From contig JAPDJF010000042.1 in NCBI GenBank assembly GCA_029259185.1, positions 1-54,748 on the forward strand: a stretch of DNA of 54,748 bases. The letters are read 5' to 3'. Under the pieces are notes generated by a model, which was given only the letters and a program-made list of their open reading frames with translations, had not been told where the DNA came from and did not search any database. The position numbers and the translations under genes were made by a program. The DNA is from Hadesarchaea archaeon (GTDB taxonomy: Archaea > Hadarchaeota > Hadarchaeia > Hadarchaeales > WYZ-LMO6). Within the stretch, counting starts at the first letter, position 1. The number at the start of each line of letters is the position of its first letter. Positions 1-15,367 of this stretch are shown here, piece by piece.

Positions 1-1
1 C

Positions 2-127
2 GACCACGTTGCGGCGCTCAACATCGCCGCTAGGGCCGCCGTCAACCGGCCTATTGTTCCGGGGTTTTTGGGACATTTCGGTTCCACCTCGGGGACAAGC
101 CCCTTCCTTTAGGGAGGGGTAGTTGAC
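2..127 (+). mobile_element. tnpB: 3' end of an IS200/IS605-family tnpB plus element right end (truncated by window start)
   Basis: Frame from nt 2 reads DHVAALNIAARAAVNRPIV...TSPFL* (RuvC-III D-x-x-AA-x-NI motif), stop at 110-112. Right-end hairpin GCCCCTTCC-TTTA-GGGAGGGGT is followed by AGTTGAC. Confidence 0.85.
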
Positions 128-338
128 CTTCTAAGCCTTAAACTTCTTTCCACGTGTTGTAGTTCAGATCCCCAATCGACCATCTTTACTTTTTGAGTAG
201 CTTCATCCCCCACGTTGAAAGGAAACGAGATCACTTTTAGGGATCTCTCCCCAAAAACCATTTGAAACCGTCCTCCATATCCGTATTCAGATACCAGATG
301 ATGGCAACCTCAGATGGGAAACGAATCGGTGAGAAGGG

Positions 339-1457
339 TTGAGAAGGGCTGGAATGGCTGAATTGCCTCTTCACTCCGGAACGTGTCCACCTTGGCTCTT
401 CAAACGTATGGTTAAATTGGGGGGAGCTATCTCAGAGATAATCATTCAAGAGTATTCAAGAAAAGAATTCTTGCGTAGGCTTGCAGATCCATTCTTTTTT
501 CAATCCTTGGGATGTGTGATGGGCTTTGATTTTCACAGCTCTGGGCTGACTACCACCACCATGGGTGCACTCAAGGAGGCGATAAAACCGGAGGAACTCG
601 GTATCGCAGTTTGTGGAGGCAAAGGGAGGGTCTCAAGACGTACACCAGATGAGATTCAGGAGGTGGCAGATGTTTTTTCCCTGTCCTCCTCCTTGGTTGA
701 TGAATTGAAGCGTGCCAGCCGGATGACCGCCAAGGTGGACAACGTTTGCATCCAAGACGGCTATCAACTCTACCATCACACTTTCGTGTTGAGTGAGGAT
801 GGAGATTGGGTCGTGATTCAGCAAGGAATGCGCGAGCGTTTCGCTCGACGATACCACTGGCTCTCCGAGCACGTTAATAGCTTCGTCGAAAAGCCCCACT
901 CGGGAATAGTCAGCGACCGTGAGGAAGAAACCGTGCTGGATATGACTGCGGAGGAGAGTGAGGAGGCACGTAAGATGTGCGTGGACCTTACACGGGAGAA
1001 TCCGGAGCGTCTGTTCCACCATCTCAGAGCGGTGAAGCAGCGTTTTCTCGACGAGTACTTGGGTGGCGACCGGGTGAGAAAACTTGTCATGCCCTCTCCA
1101 CACACCATCAGACTTTCTGAGCGGACCGCAGCAGCATTGCGGATGGCGTACGAATTTCAGCCTGAAAACTACGAAGAGCTGATAGCCATCCATGGTATAG
1201 GACCGAAGGCCGTGCGGGCCTTAGCTCTGGTTTCAGAGTTAATTTACGGGAAGCCCCCCTCTTGGAAGGATCCGGCCAAGTTCAGCTTTGCGCATGGTGG
1301 GAAGGACGGGGTCCCCTACCCAGTAAACAGAAAAACCTACCAAAAAACGGTCGAGATACTGGAGAGCGCTATCAATGCGGCAAGGGTAGGGCAGAGAGAA
1401 AAGCTGGCCACACTCAAAAGGTTACACGAGTTCTTGGAAAGAGATCAACAGTCGTGA
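339..1457 (+). CDS. DUF763 family protein
   Basis: LPLHxGxCPxWLF, GFDFHSSGLTT and FSFAHGGKDGVPYPV motifs; HhH-like GIGPKAVRAL. Confidence 0.9.
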   Translation: MRRAGMAELPLHSGTCPPWLFKRMVKLGGAISEIIIQEYSRKEFLRRLADPFFFQSLGCVMGFDFHSSGLTTTTMGALKEAIKPEELGIAVCGGKGRVSRRTPDEIQEVADVFSLSSSLVDELKRASRMTAKVDNVCIQDGYQLYHHTFVLSEDGDWVVIQQGMRERFARRYHWLSEHVNSFVEKPHSGIVSDREEETVLDMTAEESEEARKMCVDLTRENPERLFHHLRAVKQRFLDEYLGGDRVRKLVMPSPHTIRLSERTAAALRMAYEFQPENYEELIAIHGIGPKAVRALALVSELIYGKPPSWKDPAKFSFAHGGKDGVPYPVNRKTYQKTVEILESAINAARVGQREKLATLKRLHEFLERDQQS

Positions 1458-1830
1458 ATTTCTCCTTCCATGAAAATCCTCCTTACCGGGGGTTCGGTTC
1501 TCGTTGGTGGGGATTTTGAGGCTTACGAGCGTAGAGTTCCTAGATAACTCAATTTTGTTAACGCTACCTAGTTTGACGCAACGAGTGGCGGAGGTTGACT
1601 CTGTGTCCTCCAGCTCCGGGCTCATCTCCCAGGCATCCACTGTTAATAAAAATCAAATCCAACCATCGCCGTCAATGTTGTTATTGTTAACAAAGCTAAC
1701 GTTTCAGGCCACTATTGACAAGACCAAGCTACTTACGTGTCCTCGCTTCCATGGATCCGGCGATGGCTAAAGAAGCTCATTTTCCTTTTCCGACGAAGTC
1801 TTAAGAATTTGGAAGCCAAGATTTATTGGT

Positions 1831-1941
1831 CCCGCGGTAACTCAGCTTGGTAGAGTGGTCGGCTGTAGACCCAGACCATGCTGAAACCGACAGGAGTCCG
1901 GATCCCGGGACATGTCGAGGGTTCAAATCCCTCCCGCGGGA
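1831..1941 (+). tRNA. tRNA-Tyr(GTA) with two introns (1869-1885 at 37/38; 1892-1911 at 43/44)
   Basis: Acceptor CCCGCGG/CCGCGGG, D stem ACTC/GAGT, anticodon stem GTCGG/CCGAC, GTA at 1865-1867, T arm GAGGG-TTCAAAT-CCCTC. Removing the two inserts restores a standard cloverleaf. Confidence 0.88.
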
Positions 1942-2095
1942 CTAATCCAGAAATCTGGGAGCATTAGGTTTTGTTGGATCCAAACCGCTGGGGTGGTGCA
2001 TGGTTTTTGGAGTGCCCCGACCGTTCACGGGATTTTTTTCGAGGTTCGGCTCTTCAGTCGGTGAGATTAAATAAAAAAGGGAAAAATCCATTTAT

Positions 2096-2220
2096 TGGTT
2101 GGCGGCCATAGCGGCGGGGAAACACCCGGTCTCGTCCGATCCCGGAAGTTAAGCCCGCCAGCGATCTGGAGTGTACTGTCCTGCGCAAGCGGACGGGAAA
2201 TCCAGGACGCCGCCAACCAC
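2096..2220 (+). rRNA. rrf: 5S rRNA (not linked to 16S/23S here)
   Basis: Terminal helix TGGTTGGCGGC/GCCGCCAACCA; conserved CATAGCGGCGGGGAAACACCCGG and CCGGAAGTTAAGCCC; TATA-like ATTAAATAAA upstream. Confidence 0.95.
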
Positions 2221-2257
2221 TTAGATTTAATTTGGGTTCGGAGACAGTTTCTGTGGT

Positions 2258-2363
2258 GCCCTGGTGGTGTAGCCCGGTCTAATCAGGAGGGAAAAACACC
2301 CCTTGAGACCAAACATGTAGGCCTGTCGAGCCTACGCCTCGGGTTCAAATCCCGGCCAGGGCG
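2258..2363 (+). tRNA. tRNA-Asp(GTC) with a 31-nt D-loop intron (2282-2312)
   Basis: Acceptor GCCCTGG/CCAGGGC; anticodon arm TAGGC-CTGTCGA-GCCTA. BHB motif: GGTC/GACC helix with TA|A and AA|A bulges. Confidence 0.92.
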
Positions 2364-2441
2364 CCTCCCGTTAAGGTTTAAAAACCGGAGGGAGAAAAAC
2401 GAAAAAGATAAATATAATTAATTTTCAGCCTTCCGTTAATT

Positions 2442-2516
2442 GGGCCTGTGGCGCAGTCTGGCTAGCGCACCGGCCTTTTAAGCCGGGAGTCGTGGGTTCG
2501 AATCCCACCAGGCCCG
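2442..2516 (+). tRNA. tRNA-Lys(TTT)
   Basis: GGGCCTG/CAGGCCC acceptor; CCGGC-CTTTTAA-GCCGG anticodon arm; GTTCGAATC T loop. Confidence 0.95.
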
Positions 2517-2537
2517 TACAAAGAGTAGGGTGAGATA

Positions 2538-2780
2538 ATGGGGGGAGAGTTCGACCCGAGGAGGCATGTGCTGGTGCCCAAACATGAAATCTTGTCAGAA
2601 GAGGAAGTAAAAGAAATATTGGCCCGCTACAGGATAAAACCATCTCAGCTCCCTTGGATAAAGAGTTCCGATCCCGTGGTAAAAGCTATAGGAGCGAATC
2701 CGGGTGATATATTAAAAATAACCAGAGAGAGTCCTACAGCAGGGAAGGCGGTAGTGTATAGGTATGTTGTCAAGGGGTGA
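2538..2780 (+). CDS. rpoH: DNA-directed RNA polymerase subunit Rpo5 (H)
   Basis: [20 protein letters not shown] and RESPTAG motifs; first gene of the rpo operon. Confidence 0.97.
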   Translation: MGGEFDPRRHVLVPKHEILSEEEVKEILARYRIKPSQLPWIKSSDPVVKAIGANPGDILKITRESPTAGKAVVYRYVVKG

Positions 2781-5700
2781 AAAGACGGAGACCCTCAGGG
2801 ATCGATGGGCCCTAGTGGAGGCCTTCTTCAAAGAGAAGGGACTGGTCAGGCAGCACCTCGATTCCTACAACGACTTCATCGAGAATAGATTACAACAGGT
2901 TATCGATGACATAGGGGGAATAGATCTCGATATCGAGGGGATCCACGTCGAGTTCGGAAGAGTCGCCGTGGGAGAGCCTTGGTTCCGGGAGGCTGATGGC
3001 TCCCACTCCAGAGACATGGACGCAACACCTAACCATGCTAGGTTGCGTAACATGAGCTACACAGCCCCGATCTATTTGGAGATGAGCATAGTCAGGAACG
3101 GTCATAAGGATCCTCCCCAGACGGTCTACATCGGTGAGATCCCCGTGATGCTTAAGTCCAAAATATGTAAACTCTATCGGAAGACCGATGAGGAACTCAT
3201 AGCGATGGGCGAAGATCCCTTGGATCCGGGAGGATATTTTATAATTAATGGCTCCGAGCGCGTGATAGTTGTCCAAGATGATCTTGCCACCAATTCTATC
3301 TTGGTGGAGCGGGATGAGCGCTTGGGTGTGGAGGTGGCAAAGGTTTTCTCAAGCAGACGTGGTTTCCGTGCTTTGGTTGTAGTGGAGAGAAAGAAGGATG
3401 GTCTCCTCAGGGTTTCGTTTCCAGCGGTTCCAGGTCAGCTCCCGTTTGTTGTCGTCATGCGCGCACTGGGGTTGGTAAGGGATCGCGACATCGTGGAAGC
3501 GGTATCCGATGATCCGGAGATAGTCAGGGAGCTGTTTGAGAATCTGAGGGAGGGAATAGAGATAAAGACGGAGAGGGATGCTCTTGACATAATAGGGAAG
3601 AGAGTGGCCATAGGGCAGGCCAAAAGCTACAGATTACAACGCGCTCAAGAGGTCCTCGATAAATATCTTCTCCCCCACATAGGTTCCTCTCCCGAGGACA
3701 GGATAACCAAAGCGTACTTCCTGGGGAGTATGGTGGAGAAAGTCGTGGAACTTGCACTGGGGAGGAGGAGTGTTGATGATAAAGATCACTACGGAAACAA
3801 GCGCTTGAAACTCAGCGGGGATATGTTGGAAAATATATTCAGGGTGGCGCTGGTCAACCTCATCAAAGACATAAAGTACCAACTTGAGCGCTCCTATGCG
3901 AGAGGGAGGGAGCTAAACCTGAGAACCGCGGCTAGGGCAGATCTCCTCACCGAGCAGATCCGTCACACCCTCGCCACAGGCAACTGGCCAGGTGGGAGGA
4001 CGGGTGTGAGTCAACTTCTGGATCGAACTAACTACATAGCAACCCTCTCCCATCTCCGGAGGATCATATCCCCCCTGAGCAGGAGCCAGCCCCACTTCGA
4101 AGCAAGGGATCTCCACCCCACCCATTGGGGGAAGATATGTCCGTGTGAGACACCAGAGGGTCCGAACTGTGGGCTGGTCAAAAACTTGGCCCTCACGGCG
4201 GAAATCTCAACGGGGACGGACGAAGGGGTGGTAGAAAAAATGCTCTACAAACTCGGGGTCTCCCCCATAAAGAAGGGAGGTGAACGTCGTGGGAAAGCGG
4301 TGGTCTTTCTGAACGGACGTCTGATAGGCACGGTGGAAGATGGAGCGAAGTTCGCAGAGGAGATAAGGAACAAGCGAAGGAGAGGGGAGTTAGACGGGCA
4401 AGTGAACATCAGGTTCAAGAGCGATACGAGCGAGGTGGTAATATGGTCGGATGCGGGGAGGGTGCGCAGACCTCTGATTGTAGTTGAAAAGGGAAAACCG
4501 TTGGTAACCGACCAACACGTGGAGATGGTTAGGACCGGGAGGCTGAGTTGGAGCGATCTAGTCGGGTCGGGCCTGATCGAGTACTTGGATGCCGATGAGG
4601 AGGAGAACTCTCGCATTGCGGTTAACCCCGACGAGCTCACCCCCCAACACACTCACTTGGAACTCCACCCACTCACCATCTTGGGGATAAGTGCAGCGTT
4701 GATCCCGTATGCCGAGCACAACCAGTCTCCGCGTAACACGTATGGGGCCAACATGGCGAAGCAGGCGCTCGGAGTGTTTGCCACCAGCTTTCACGCGAGG
4801 GCTGACACACGCGCTCACTTCCTCCACTACCCCCAGATCCCGATGGTTAGGACGAGGGTAATGGATGTCATAGGATTCGACAAGAGACCTGCTGGTCAGA
4901 ACGTGGTGGTTGCGATTGCGTGCTATGGGGGATACAACATGGAGGATGCGCTGATCTTGAATAGGGATTCGATGGAGAGAGGATTCGGGAGGACGACGTC
5001 CTTCAGTATCTATGAGGCGGAGGAGGGAAGGTACTCCGGTGGGCAGAGGGATAAATTCGAGATCCCAAGTGAGGAAATAAGGGGATATTCGGATGCCTCC
5101 CACTACAGCAACCTGGGGGAGGATGGAATAGTCGAGGTTGAATCGAGGTTAAGCGGGGAGGACGTGGTCATAGGTAAGACAAGTCCCCCAAGGTTCTTCG
5201 AGGAAACAGATGAGTTCGGTGTGAAGGTGGAACAGGGGAGGCGAGAGAGCTCGGTCAGGATGAAGCCAGGGGAGGAAGGGATTTCGGATATGGTTTACAC
5301 CGTGATGACAGCCGAGGGAAATAAATCGGTTCGCGTCAGGGTGAGGAGCCTGAGGATACCGGAGATAGGCGACAAGTTTGCCTCTAGACATGGTCAGAAG
5401 GGAGTGGTAGGTCTTATAATGGATGGTGTGGACATGCCGTTTACCGAAAGTGGAGTGGTTCCGGATATAATCATAAACCCTCACGCCATACCCTCTCGCA
5501 TGTCGATAGGTCAGTTGCTTGAGATGATAGCGGGAAAAGCTGGAGCACTGGCGGGCACGAGGATAGATGGGACGACGTTTGAGGGGGTTTCGGAGGAGGA
5601 GATAAGGAAAATACTCTTGGACAATGGGTTTACTCCTCTGGGCAAGGAAGTGATGTACAACGGTATGACGGGAGAGATCATACCGAGCGAGATATTTATA

Positions 5701-6105
5701 GGGATATGTTATTATCAGAAACTTCATCATATGGCCGCTGACAAGATCCATGTGCGTTCCAGAGGACCGGTTCAAGTGCTGACTCACCAACCAACCGAGG
5801 GTAGGGCGAGAGAGGGTGGGTTACGCTTCGGAGAGATGGAGCGCGATTGCCTCATAGGCTATGGTGCGGCCAGATTGTTGAGGGACAGACTACTGGAGAG
5901 TTCGGACAAGTTTGACTCGCTCGTTTGTGGGAAGTGTGGGCACTTCGCGGTCCACGATAGGAAGAGAAACAGGATGTACTGTCCGTTCTGCGGTGAGGAG
6001 TCTGAGATATACACAGTGGAGATGCCCTATGCGTTTAAGTTGCTCCTCGACGAACTCAGGTCGATGTGCTTGGATACGAGACTGAAGCTACGTGAGAGGG
6101 CGTAG
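2764..6105 (+). CDS. rpoB: RNA polymerase subunit Rpo2 (B), unsplit
   Basis: [36 protein letters not shown] and [10 protein letters not shown] motifs; C-terminal Zn ribbon. Confidence 0.98.
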   Translation: MLSRGEKTETLRDRWALVEAFFKEKGLVRQHLDSYNDFIENRLQQVIDDIGGIDLDIEGIHVEFGRVAVGEPWFREADGSHSRDMDATPNHARLRNMSYTAPIYLEMSIVRNGHKDPPQTVYIGEIPVMLKSKICKLYRKTDEELIAMGEDPLDPGGYFIINGSERVIVVQDDLATNSILVERDERLGVEVAKVFSSRRGFRALVVVERKKDGLLRVSFPAVPGQLPFVVVMRALGLVRDRDIVEAVSDDPEIVRELFENLREGIEIKTERDALDIIGKRVAIGQAKSYRLQRAQEVLDKYLLPHIGSSPEDRITKAYFLGSMVEKVVELALGRRSVDDKDHYGNKRLKLSGDMLENIFRVALVNLIKDIKYQLERSYARGRELNLRTAARADLLTEQIRHTLATGNWPGGRTGVSQLLDRTNYIATLSHLRRIISPLSRSQPHFEARDLHPTHWGKICPCETPEGPNCGLVKNLALTAEISTGTDEGVVEKMLYKLGVSPIKKGGERRGKAVVFLNGRLIGTVEDGAKFAEEIRNKRRRGELDGQVNIRFKSDTSEVVIWSDAGRVRRPLIVVEKGKPLVTDQHVEMVRTGRLSWSDLVGSGLIEYLDADEEENSRIAVNPDELTPQHTHLELHPLTILGISAALIPYAEHNQSPRNTYGANMAKQALGVFATSFHARADTRAHFLHYPQIPMVRTRVMDVIGFDKRPAGQNVVVAIACYGGYNMEDALILNRDSMERGFGRTTSFSIYEAEEGRYSGGQRDKFEIPSEEIRGYSDASHYSNLGEDGIVEVESRLSGEDVVIGKTSPPRFFEETDEFGVKVEQGRRESSVRMKPGEEGISDMVYTVMTAEGNKSVRVRVRSLRIPEIGDKFASRHGQKGVVGLIMDGVDMPFTESGVVPDIIINPHAIPSRMSIGQLLEMIAGKAGALAGTRIDGTTFEGVSEEEIRKILLDNGFTPLGKEVMYNGMTGEIIPSEIFIGICYYQKLHHMAADKIHVRSRGPVQVLTHQPTEGRAREGGLRFGEMERDCLIGYGAARLLRDRLLESSDKFDSLVCGKCGHFAVHDRKRNRMYCPFCGEESEIYTVEMPYAFKLLLDELRSMCLDTRLKLRERA

Positions 6106-6116
6106 GTGGTGTTGTG

Positions 6117-10206
<4,090 letters not shown>

Positions 10207-10207
<1 letters not shown>

Positions 10208-10635
10208 TGAGCATCAGACTCAGCGAGGAAGAAATGAGGTACATGGCCTTATTCGAAATCCTGAGTGGAGTTAAGGCTCAGGATTGTATCGTGGATGACG
10301 AGAGTAAAAAGCTTACCTTCGTAGTGAAGAAAGAATTCGTTGGGATCTCTATAGGGAGAGGGGGGTCGACCATAAAGAAAATCAAACGACTGGTGGGGAG
10401 GGATGTAGAGGTGGTGGGGTACTCGGAGAACCCGATAGAGTTCTTGAAGATCTTGCTGGCACCGGCTGAGATAAACAATTTGACGTTCTCGGAAGAGGAT
10501 GGCAAGAAAATCGCGATCGTGGAGGTTCGACAACAGGATAAAGGGCTGGCGATAGGGAGAGGTGGTGGGAGGATCAAGAGGGCGAAGAGGCTCGCTCAGC
10601 GACATTGCGGGATCCACAACATCGTGGTGAAGTGA
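10207..10635 (+). CDS. nusA: Archaeal NusA (KH domains)
   Basis: Two KH GxxG loops (IGRGG); position after L30e. Confidence 0.95.
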
Positions 10636-10667
10636 TTTAAACCGAGGAAAAGGAAAGTGGGGTGAAT

Positions 10668-11096
10668 ATGGGCAAAGGAGAATTCGCCGCTAGGAAACTG
10701 AAAGCCGATCGACGAAGATTCAGGTGGAAGGATCCTAGCTATAAGCGACGCATGCTCGAATTAGACAAAAAGGCGGATCCTCTCGAGGGCTCACCCCAAG
10801 CTAGAGCGATAGTCCTAGAGAAGGTGGGTATGGAGGCCAAGCAACCTAACTCGGCGATAAGGAAGTGCGTTCGGGTTCAGATAGTCAAAAACGGCAGACA
10901 GGTCACGGCTTTCGCACCCGGGGAAGGGGCAATAGGTTTCATCGACGAGCATGATGAGGTGATCATCGAGGGCATAGGGGGATCGAAGGGAGGGCCGAAG
11001 GGAGACATTCCAGGTGTTAGGTATAAGGTGGTTAAGGTCAACGGAGTTTCCCTGAATGAGCTCATCAAGGGTAGGAAGGAGAAGCCCACTAGGTGA
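10668..11096 (+). CDS. rps12: 30S ribosomal protein uS12
   Basis: [16 protein letters not shown]; [10 protein letters not shown]. Confidence 0.98.
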   Translation: MGKGEFAARKLKADRRRFRWKDPSYKRRMLELDKKADPLEGSPQARAIVLEKVGMEAKQPNSAIRKCVRVQIVKNGRQVTAFAPGEGAIGFIDEHDEVIIEGIGGSKGGPKGDIPGVRYKVVKVNGVSLNELIKGRKEKPTR

Positions 11097-11707
11097 GTGG
11101 GATGGGGTTTAAGTACTTCGGCAGGTGGTCTGCTGACGATGTGGTCGTAAAGGATCCCGGGATGCAGCGGTACATCCGACTGCAGCCACTACTCGTTCCT
11201 TGGTCTGGTGGGAGACAGGCATCTAAGCCTTTTGGGAAAACGGAGGTTCCGATAGTGGAGCGTTTGATCAACAAAATAATGCGTTCTGGTCCTGGGGCTA
11301 GGAAGTTGGGGGGGAGAGTCATCCGGGGGGGCGGGGCATGTGGGAAAAAACATAAGGCCTACAACATAGTTAGAAAAGCGTTTGAAATAATCGAGGAACG
11401 CACGGGGAAAAATCCCGTGCAGGTTCTGGTGGATGCCATTCATTTCTCCGCCCCTAGGGAGGAGACCACTCGAATAACCTACGGGGGGATAACCTATCAC
11501 GTTGCGGTTGACACCTCACCTCTCCGGGGGATAGATATAGCCCTACGAAACATAGCAGCTGGTGCGTTCGCGACATCCTTCCGGAGCAAGAAACCGATAG
11601 AGGAGTGCCTAGCTGAAGAGATAATTATGGCCTCGAATTATGATTTAAAGAGTTTTGCAGTCGCCCGTAAAGAGGAGATGGAAAGGATAGCAGAGAAGGC
11701 TAGGTAA
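11093..11707 (+). CDS. rps7: 30S ribosomal protein uS7
   Basis: [22 protein letters not shown] and KEEMERIA motifs. Confidence 0.97.
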   Translation: MSGMGFKYFGRWSADDVVVKDPGMQRYIRLQPLLVPWSGGRQASKPFGKTEVPIVERLINKIMRSGPGARKLGGRVIRGGGACGKKHKAYNIVRKAFEIIEERTGKNPVQVLVDAIHFSAPREETTRITYGGITYHVAVDTSPLRGIDIALRNIAAGAFATSFRSKKPIEECLAEEIIMASNYDLKSFAVARKEEMERIAEKAR

Positions 11708-11796
11708 TCGGTGTCGTCGATGACGTCGAGCAGATATCTAACTTGATGGCATGCAGATTTCCCCACTTTTAGTCCACCCCATACCCTCCATGTGGA

Positions 11797-12896
11797 GGTG
11801 AGTAACAGTTGCCGATAACTTCACAAATACTAATACAATTGATGGTACTAATGAGAATGAAGGAGGCCGCCGAGTACACGGGATTACACCCCCATACGCT
11901 ACGGAAGTACATCGATCAAGGAGTGATAAGGGGAGTGAGGATTGGAAAACATCGTGGAGAAGGCGGAGCTGGACAGATTGATGGGTGTTGTGGAAAGAAG
12001 ACCCGCCGGAGTGGCCATTTACCCGAGGGTCTCGGCAAAGAAACAGCAGGATGCCGGGAACCTGAACAGGCAGAGAGAAAGGCTGCTGAGCTACTGCGTA
12101 ACAAACAAACTGGAAGTCGTCGATGTAATCGAAGACGTGGCTTCTGGGGTAAACGAGAACAGGAAGGGATTGAAGAAGCTGTTCGAACTCGCCAGAAGGG
12201 GCGAGATAGATACGGTTGTGGTGGAGTACAAAGATCGGTTGGCGAGATTCGGCTTCGAATATCTGAAGGAAGCTCTCGCTTCCTATGGCGTAAAAATCAT
12301 AATTGTGGAGGAAGACGAATCAAAAAGCCCGAACGAGGAACTCCTCGAGGATCTAGCGATAGTAACTTCATTTTCGGCGAGGCTCTCCGGGAAGCGTGGA
12401 GCAAAAAAAAATTGTGCAGGCGATAAAGGAGGAGCACCATGTCTAAGATAACAATCCCCGGCGCGCTTGTGCGCATTGATCCACGCGATGAGGTTCGCCT
12501 GGAAGAACTCTACCGCCGCTTAGGCAACGCTAGGCGGCGAGCGTACATCTTAAACAACGCGGCGTTCCGAAAGCCGAGATCGAGCGGATTTTGCAGGAGC
12601 AGCTGGGGCTGAACTTCCGGTACGCAAAAGATGCCTACCGATGCTCATCTTCGGATGAGATCCCGTGTGGTGTCGCGTCGGATGAGGGCGATGGAAGTCC
12701 GAGGCGCTGGCTAAGCGCGGGAAGCGGGCTTACCGCCCTGCATCAGGCCGAAAGCTTGGTGCACGATGAAGTTGCGGTTAGCTGCAACGGAGGCTACCCG
12801 GAAATCCCTGGTATCCGGGGGCTTCGCTTTTTGCGGAGCTTGAAAACCAACCTACCATGTCTTCAGGTGGAGATATGTTAGGTTTCGGTGACCAGG
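11797..12896 (+). mobile_element. Degenerate IS607-family element (frameshifted tnpA, internally deleted tnpB)
   Basis: MerR-type HTH plus serine recombinase, followed by a tnpB N-terminal remnant (MSKITIPGAL...ERILQEQLGLNFRYAKDAY) and a structured 3' region. Putative GG-bounded ends (GG|TGAGTAAC ... GTGACCAGG); end positions are inferred. Confidence 0.75.
11851..12451 (+). pseudogene. tnpA: IS607 TnpA serine recombinase, frameshifted near 11955
   Basis: MRMKEAAEYTGLHPHTLRKY HTH in one frame; IYPRVS...DVASG...KDRLARFGF catalytic domain in another. Confidence 0.88.
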
Positions 12897-13560
12897 TTCT
12901 TCGCGAGCCTAGACGATGCCGAGATCGCAATGGGGGCAACTACTACTGGCAATCCGTCTACGAGTTGCTCGAGGAGCTGGGATACCACGTTAGCCTAGCC
13001 CACCCGATGCGAACGCGAATCATCGCCAGCGCCCGCATCAAAACCATGTTCGTGATTCAAGGCCTTGATGCGCCTGCTGGAACTCAACTGGTTGCCCGAT
13101 GCTTACTGCCACCCAAAGAGATCCGCGACCCGCGCGAACTCGCACGCCTACACGCTTCCTGACGTGCGAGGCTGTGCGCTTGAAAAATACACGCGGAACT
13201 GGCAAAGCTGGGCCCGAGGCACGAAGGCAATCACGGAGCGCGGCAGGCGCTGGTTGAGGAATCTGAACTCGAGACCAACGTATGCCCGGATGTGCTCGAT
13301 GTGGTTGAGCAGAAGCCGGTGCGCAAGAAGGGAAAGCGGGCGGCGATTGTGGCAACGGCACGCAAGCTGCTCGCGGCAATCTACCACATGCTCCTGCACG
13401 GAGAGATCTTTCGTGGCTGAAGAGGGGGCAGGGGCACCCCGGTTTTCGACGTGAGGGCACAACCCCGAGGGTTTGATCGGGGCTCCTCGAGCGCAGCACC
13501 ATAGGGGGGCATAGATCCGGATAGGCGAACGGTCGACATTCGATCAAACTCCCCACGAAC
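12897..13560 (+). mobile_element. IS110-family transposase remnant plus 3' non-coding end
   Basis: Fragments across frames: YYWQSVYELLEELGYHVSLAHP...IASARIKT, LLELNWLP..Y.PPKEIRDPRELAR, and C-terminal AIVATARKLLAAIYHML (stop 13418-13420). Confidence 0.8.
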
Positions 13561-13566
13561 GAACAC

Positions 13567-13580
13567 AAAAAGATTTAAAT
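13567..13580 (+). promoter_or_regulatory. BRE/TATA promoter candidate for EF-1alpha
   Basis: AAAAAGATTTAAAT about 40 nt upstream of the ATG; GAGGTGG SD-like motif. Confidence 0.6.
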
Positions 13581-13620
13581 CCCGACTAAAGAGTAAATCG
13601 AGACTAAGAGGTGGAAAGAC

Positions 13621-14883
13621 ATGACGAAACCACATCTGAACTTGGTAACGATGGGGCATGTGGATCACGGTAAGTCCACGCTCCTAGGGAGATTGCTCTT
13701 TGAAAAAGGGGCGGTGAAGGACGAGGACTTGAAGAAATTTGAGGCAATGGGTGATAAAGGGAAAACTTTTAAATTTGCTTGGGTTTTTGACAACCTGAAG
13801 GAGGAGCGGGATAGGGGGCTGACGATAGATCTGGCCCATCGGAAGTTTGAAAGTGACAAGTATTATTTCACACTCATAGATGCCCCCGGCCACAGGGACT
13901 TCGTGAAGAACATGATAACGGGTGCTAGCCAGGCCGATGCGGGAGTCTTGGTGGTGGCTGCGGACGACGGTATAATGCCCCAAACGAGAGAGCATGCTGC
14001 ACTCGCTTTCACCTTGGGGGTTGGACAGTTGGTGGTGGCAGTGAATAAGATGGACTTGGTGGATTACAAACAAGATGTGTATGAAAAACTGAGGTCAGAG
14101 GTTTTGGACATGCTTCGGGTGGTGGGTTACAAGAATGCTGATAAGTTTCCCTTCGTACCCACGTCCGCGTTTTACGGAGAGAACGTGACCAAACCCAGCG
14201 AGAAGATGAAGTGGTACAATGGACCGACTGTGCTGCAGGCACTAGACACATTTACCATCCCCCCCAAGCCAATCGACAAGCCTTTGCGGATTCCGGTTCA
14301 GGATGTGTACTCGATAACCGGAGTTGGTACGGTGCCAGTTGGGAGAGTGGAGACCGGTACATTGAAGGTGGGGGACACGCTCGTATTTGAACCTACAGGA
14401 AAGACCGGAGAGGTGAAATCCATTGAAATGCATCACGAGAGTATTCAGAAGGCAGAACCAGGAGACAATGTAGGATTTAACGTTCGTGGGATTGCGAAGA
14501 ACGAGTTGAGGAGGGGTGATGTCGCGGGCCTACCGAGTGCCCCACCCACCGTTGCCAGTGAGTTCGTGGCTCGAATAGCCGTGCTGCAGCACCCGACAGC
14601 CATAGCAGCTGGATACACTCCGGTGTTCCACGTTCACACCGCTCAAGTCGCATGCCAGATAGTGGAAATCATAAACAAGCTCGACCCGAAAACTGGTGCG
14701 GTGGTGGAGGAGAATCCTAGCTACATAAAGAGAGGGGATATGGCCACGATCAGGGTTAGGCCGACCAAACCGTTGGTGATAGAGAAAGTTTCTGATATCC
14801 CCCAACTCAGCAGGTTCGCCATACGTGACATGGGAATGACGGTAGCCGCAGGAGTTTGCATAGACGTGGTCAAAGCGAAATGA
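13621..14883 (+). CDS. tuf: Translation elongation factor EF-1alpha
   Basis: [33 protein letters not shown] and RFAIRDMG motifs. Confidence 0.98.
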   Translation: MTKPHLNLVTMGHVDHGKSTLLGRLLFEKGAVKDEDLKKFEAMGDKGKTFKFAWVFDNLKEERDRGLTIDLAHRKFESDKYYFTLIDAPGHRDFVKNMITGASQADAGVLVVAADDGIMPQTREHAALAFTLGVGQLVVAVNKMDLVDYKQDVYEKLRSEVLDMLRVVGYKNADKFPFVPTSAFYGENVTKPSEKMKWYNGPTVLQALDTFTIPPKPIDKPLRIPVQDVYSITGVGTVPVGRVETGTLKVGDTLVFEPTGKTGEVKSIEMHHESIQKAEPGDNVGFNVRGIAKNELRRGDVAGLPSAPPTVASEFVARIAVLQHPTAIAAGYTPVFHVHTAQVACQIVEIINKLDPKTGAVVEENPSYIKRGDMATIRVRPTKPLVIEKVSDIPQLSRFAIRDMGMTVAAGVCIDVVKAK

Positions 14884-14919
14884 ACCGTTTTTTAATCGTT
14901 TAGCGATTTAGGATGGGTG

Positions 14920-15234
14920 ATGGGTTTGCAACGAGCGAGAATACGTCTTTCGAGTACAGACCATAAGAAGCTGGATCAAATATGTTCCCAGATAAAAGAA
15001 ATAGTCCAGCGCACGGGGATAAGGATGTCTGGTCCCATTCCACTCCCAACTAAGCGAATAGTGATCCCGACTAGGAAGTCACCTGATGGGGAGGGAACAG
15101 CCACTTGGGATAAGTGGGAGCTACGAATACACAAGCGACTGATAGACATGGAAGCCGATGAACGTGCCATGCGTCAGTTGATGCGTGTTCAAGTGCCCCA
15201 AGAGGTGCATATCGAAATAGAGCTCAAGGGTTAG
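14920..15234 (+). CDS. rps10: 30S ribosomal protein uS10
   Basis: [15 protein letters not shown] and RIHKRLID motifs. Confidence 0.98.
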   Translation: MGLQRARIRLSSTDHKKLDQICSQIKEIVQRTGIRMSGPIPLPTKRIVIPTRKSPDGEGTATWDKWELRIHKRLIDMEADERAMRQLMRVQVPQEVHIEIELKG

Positions 15235-15367
15235 AGACATCCACCGGAGAAACCGATCTTGAGCGAGCAACGATTGAAATCCGTGAATGGAGGCGCTGTC
15301 CAGTATCCACTTCGATCTAGTTAGACCTTTTGAATGGATTTTATTTGGCTCTCGAATATGTCTAGAT

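Noticed and set aside
1458-1800. Short ORFs 1504-1770 (+) and 1422-1640 (-)
   Set aside because: No recognisable motifs; possibly decayed sequence, so no call is supportable.
11717-11760. C/D-box sRNA after rps7
   Set aside because: All boxes are degenerate and the second guide segment is too short.
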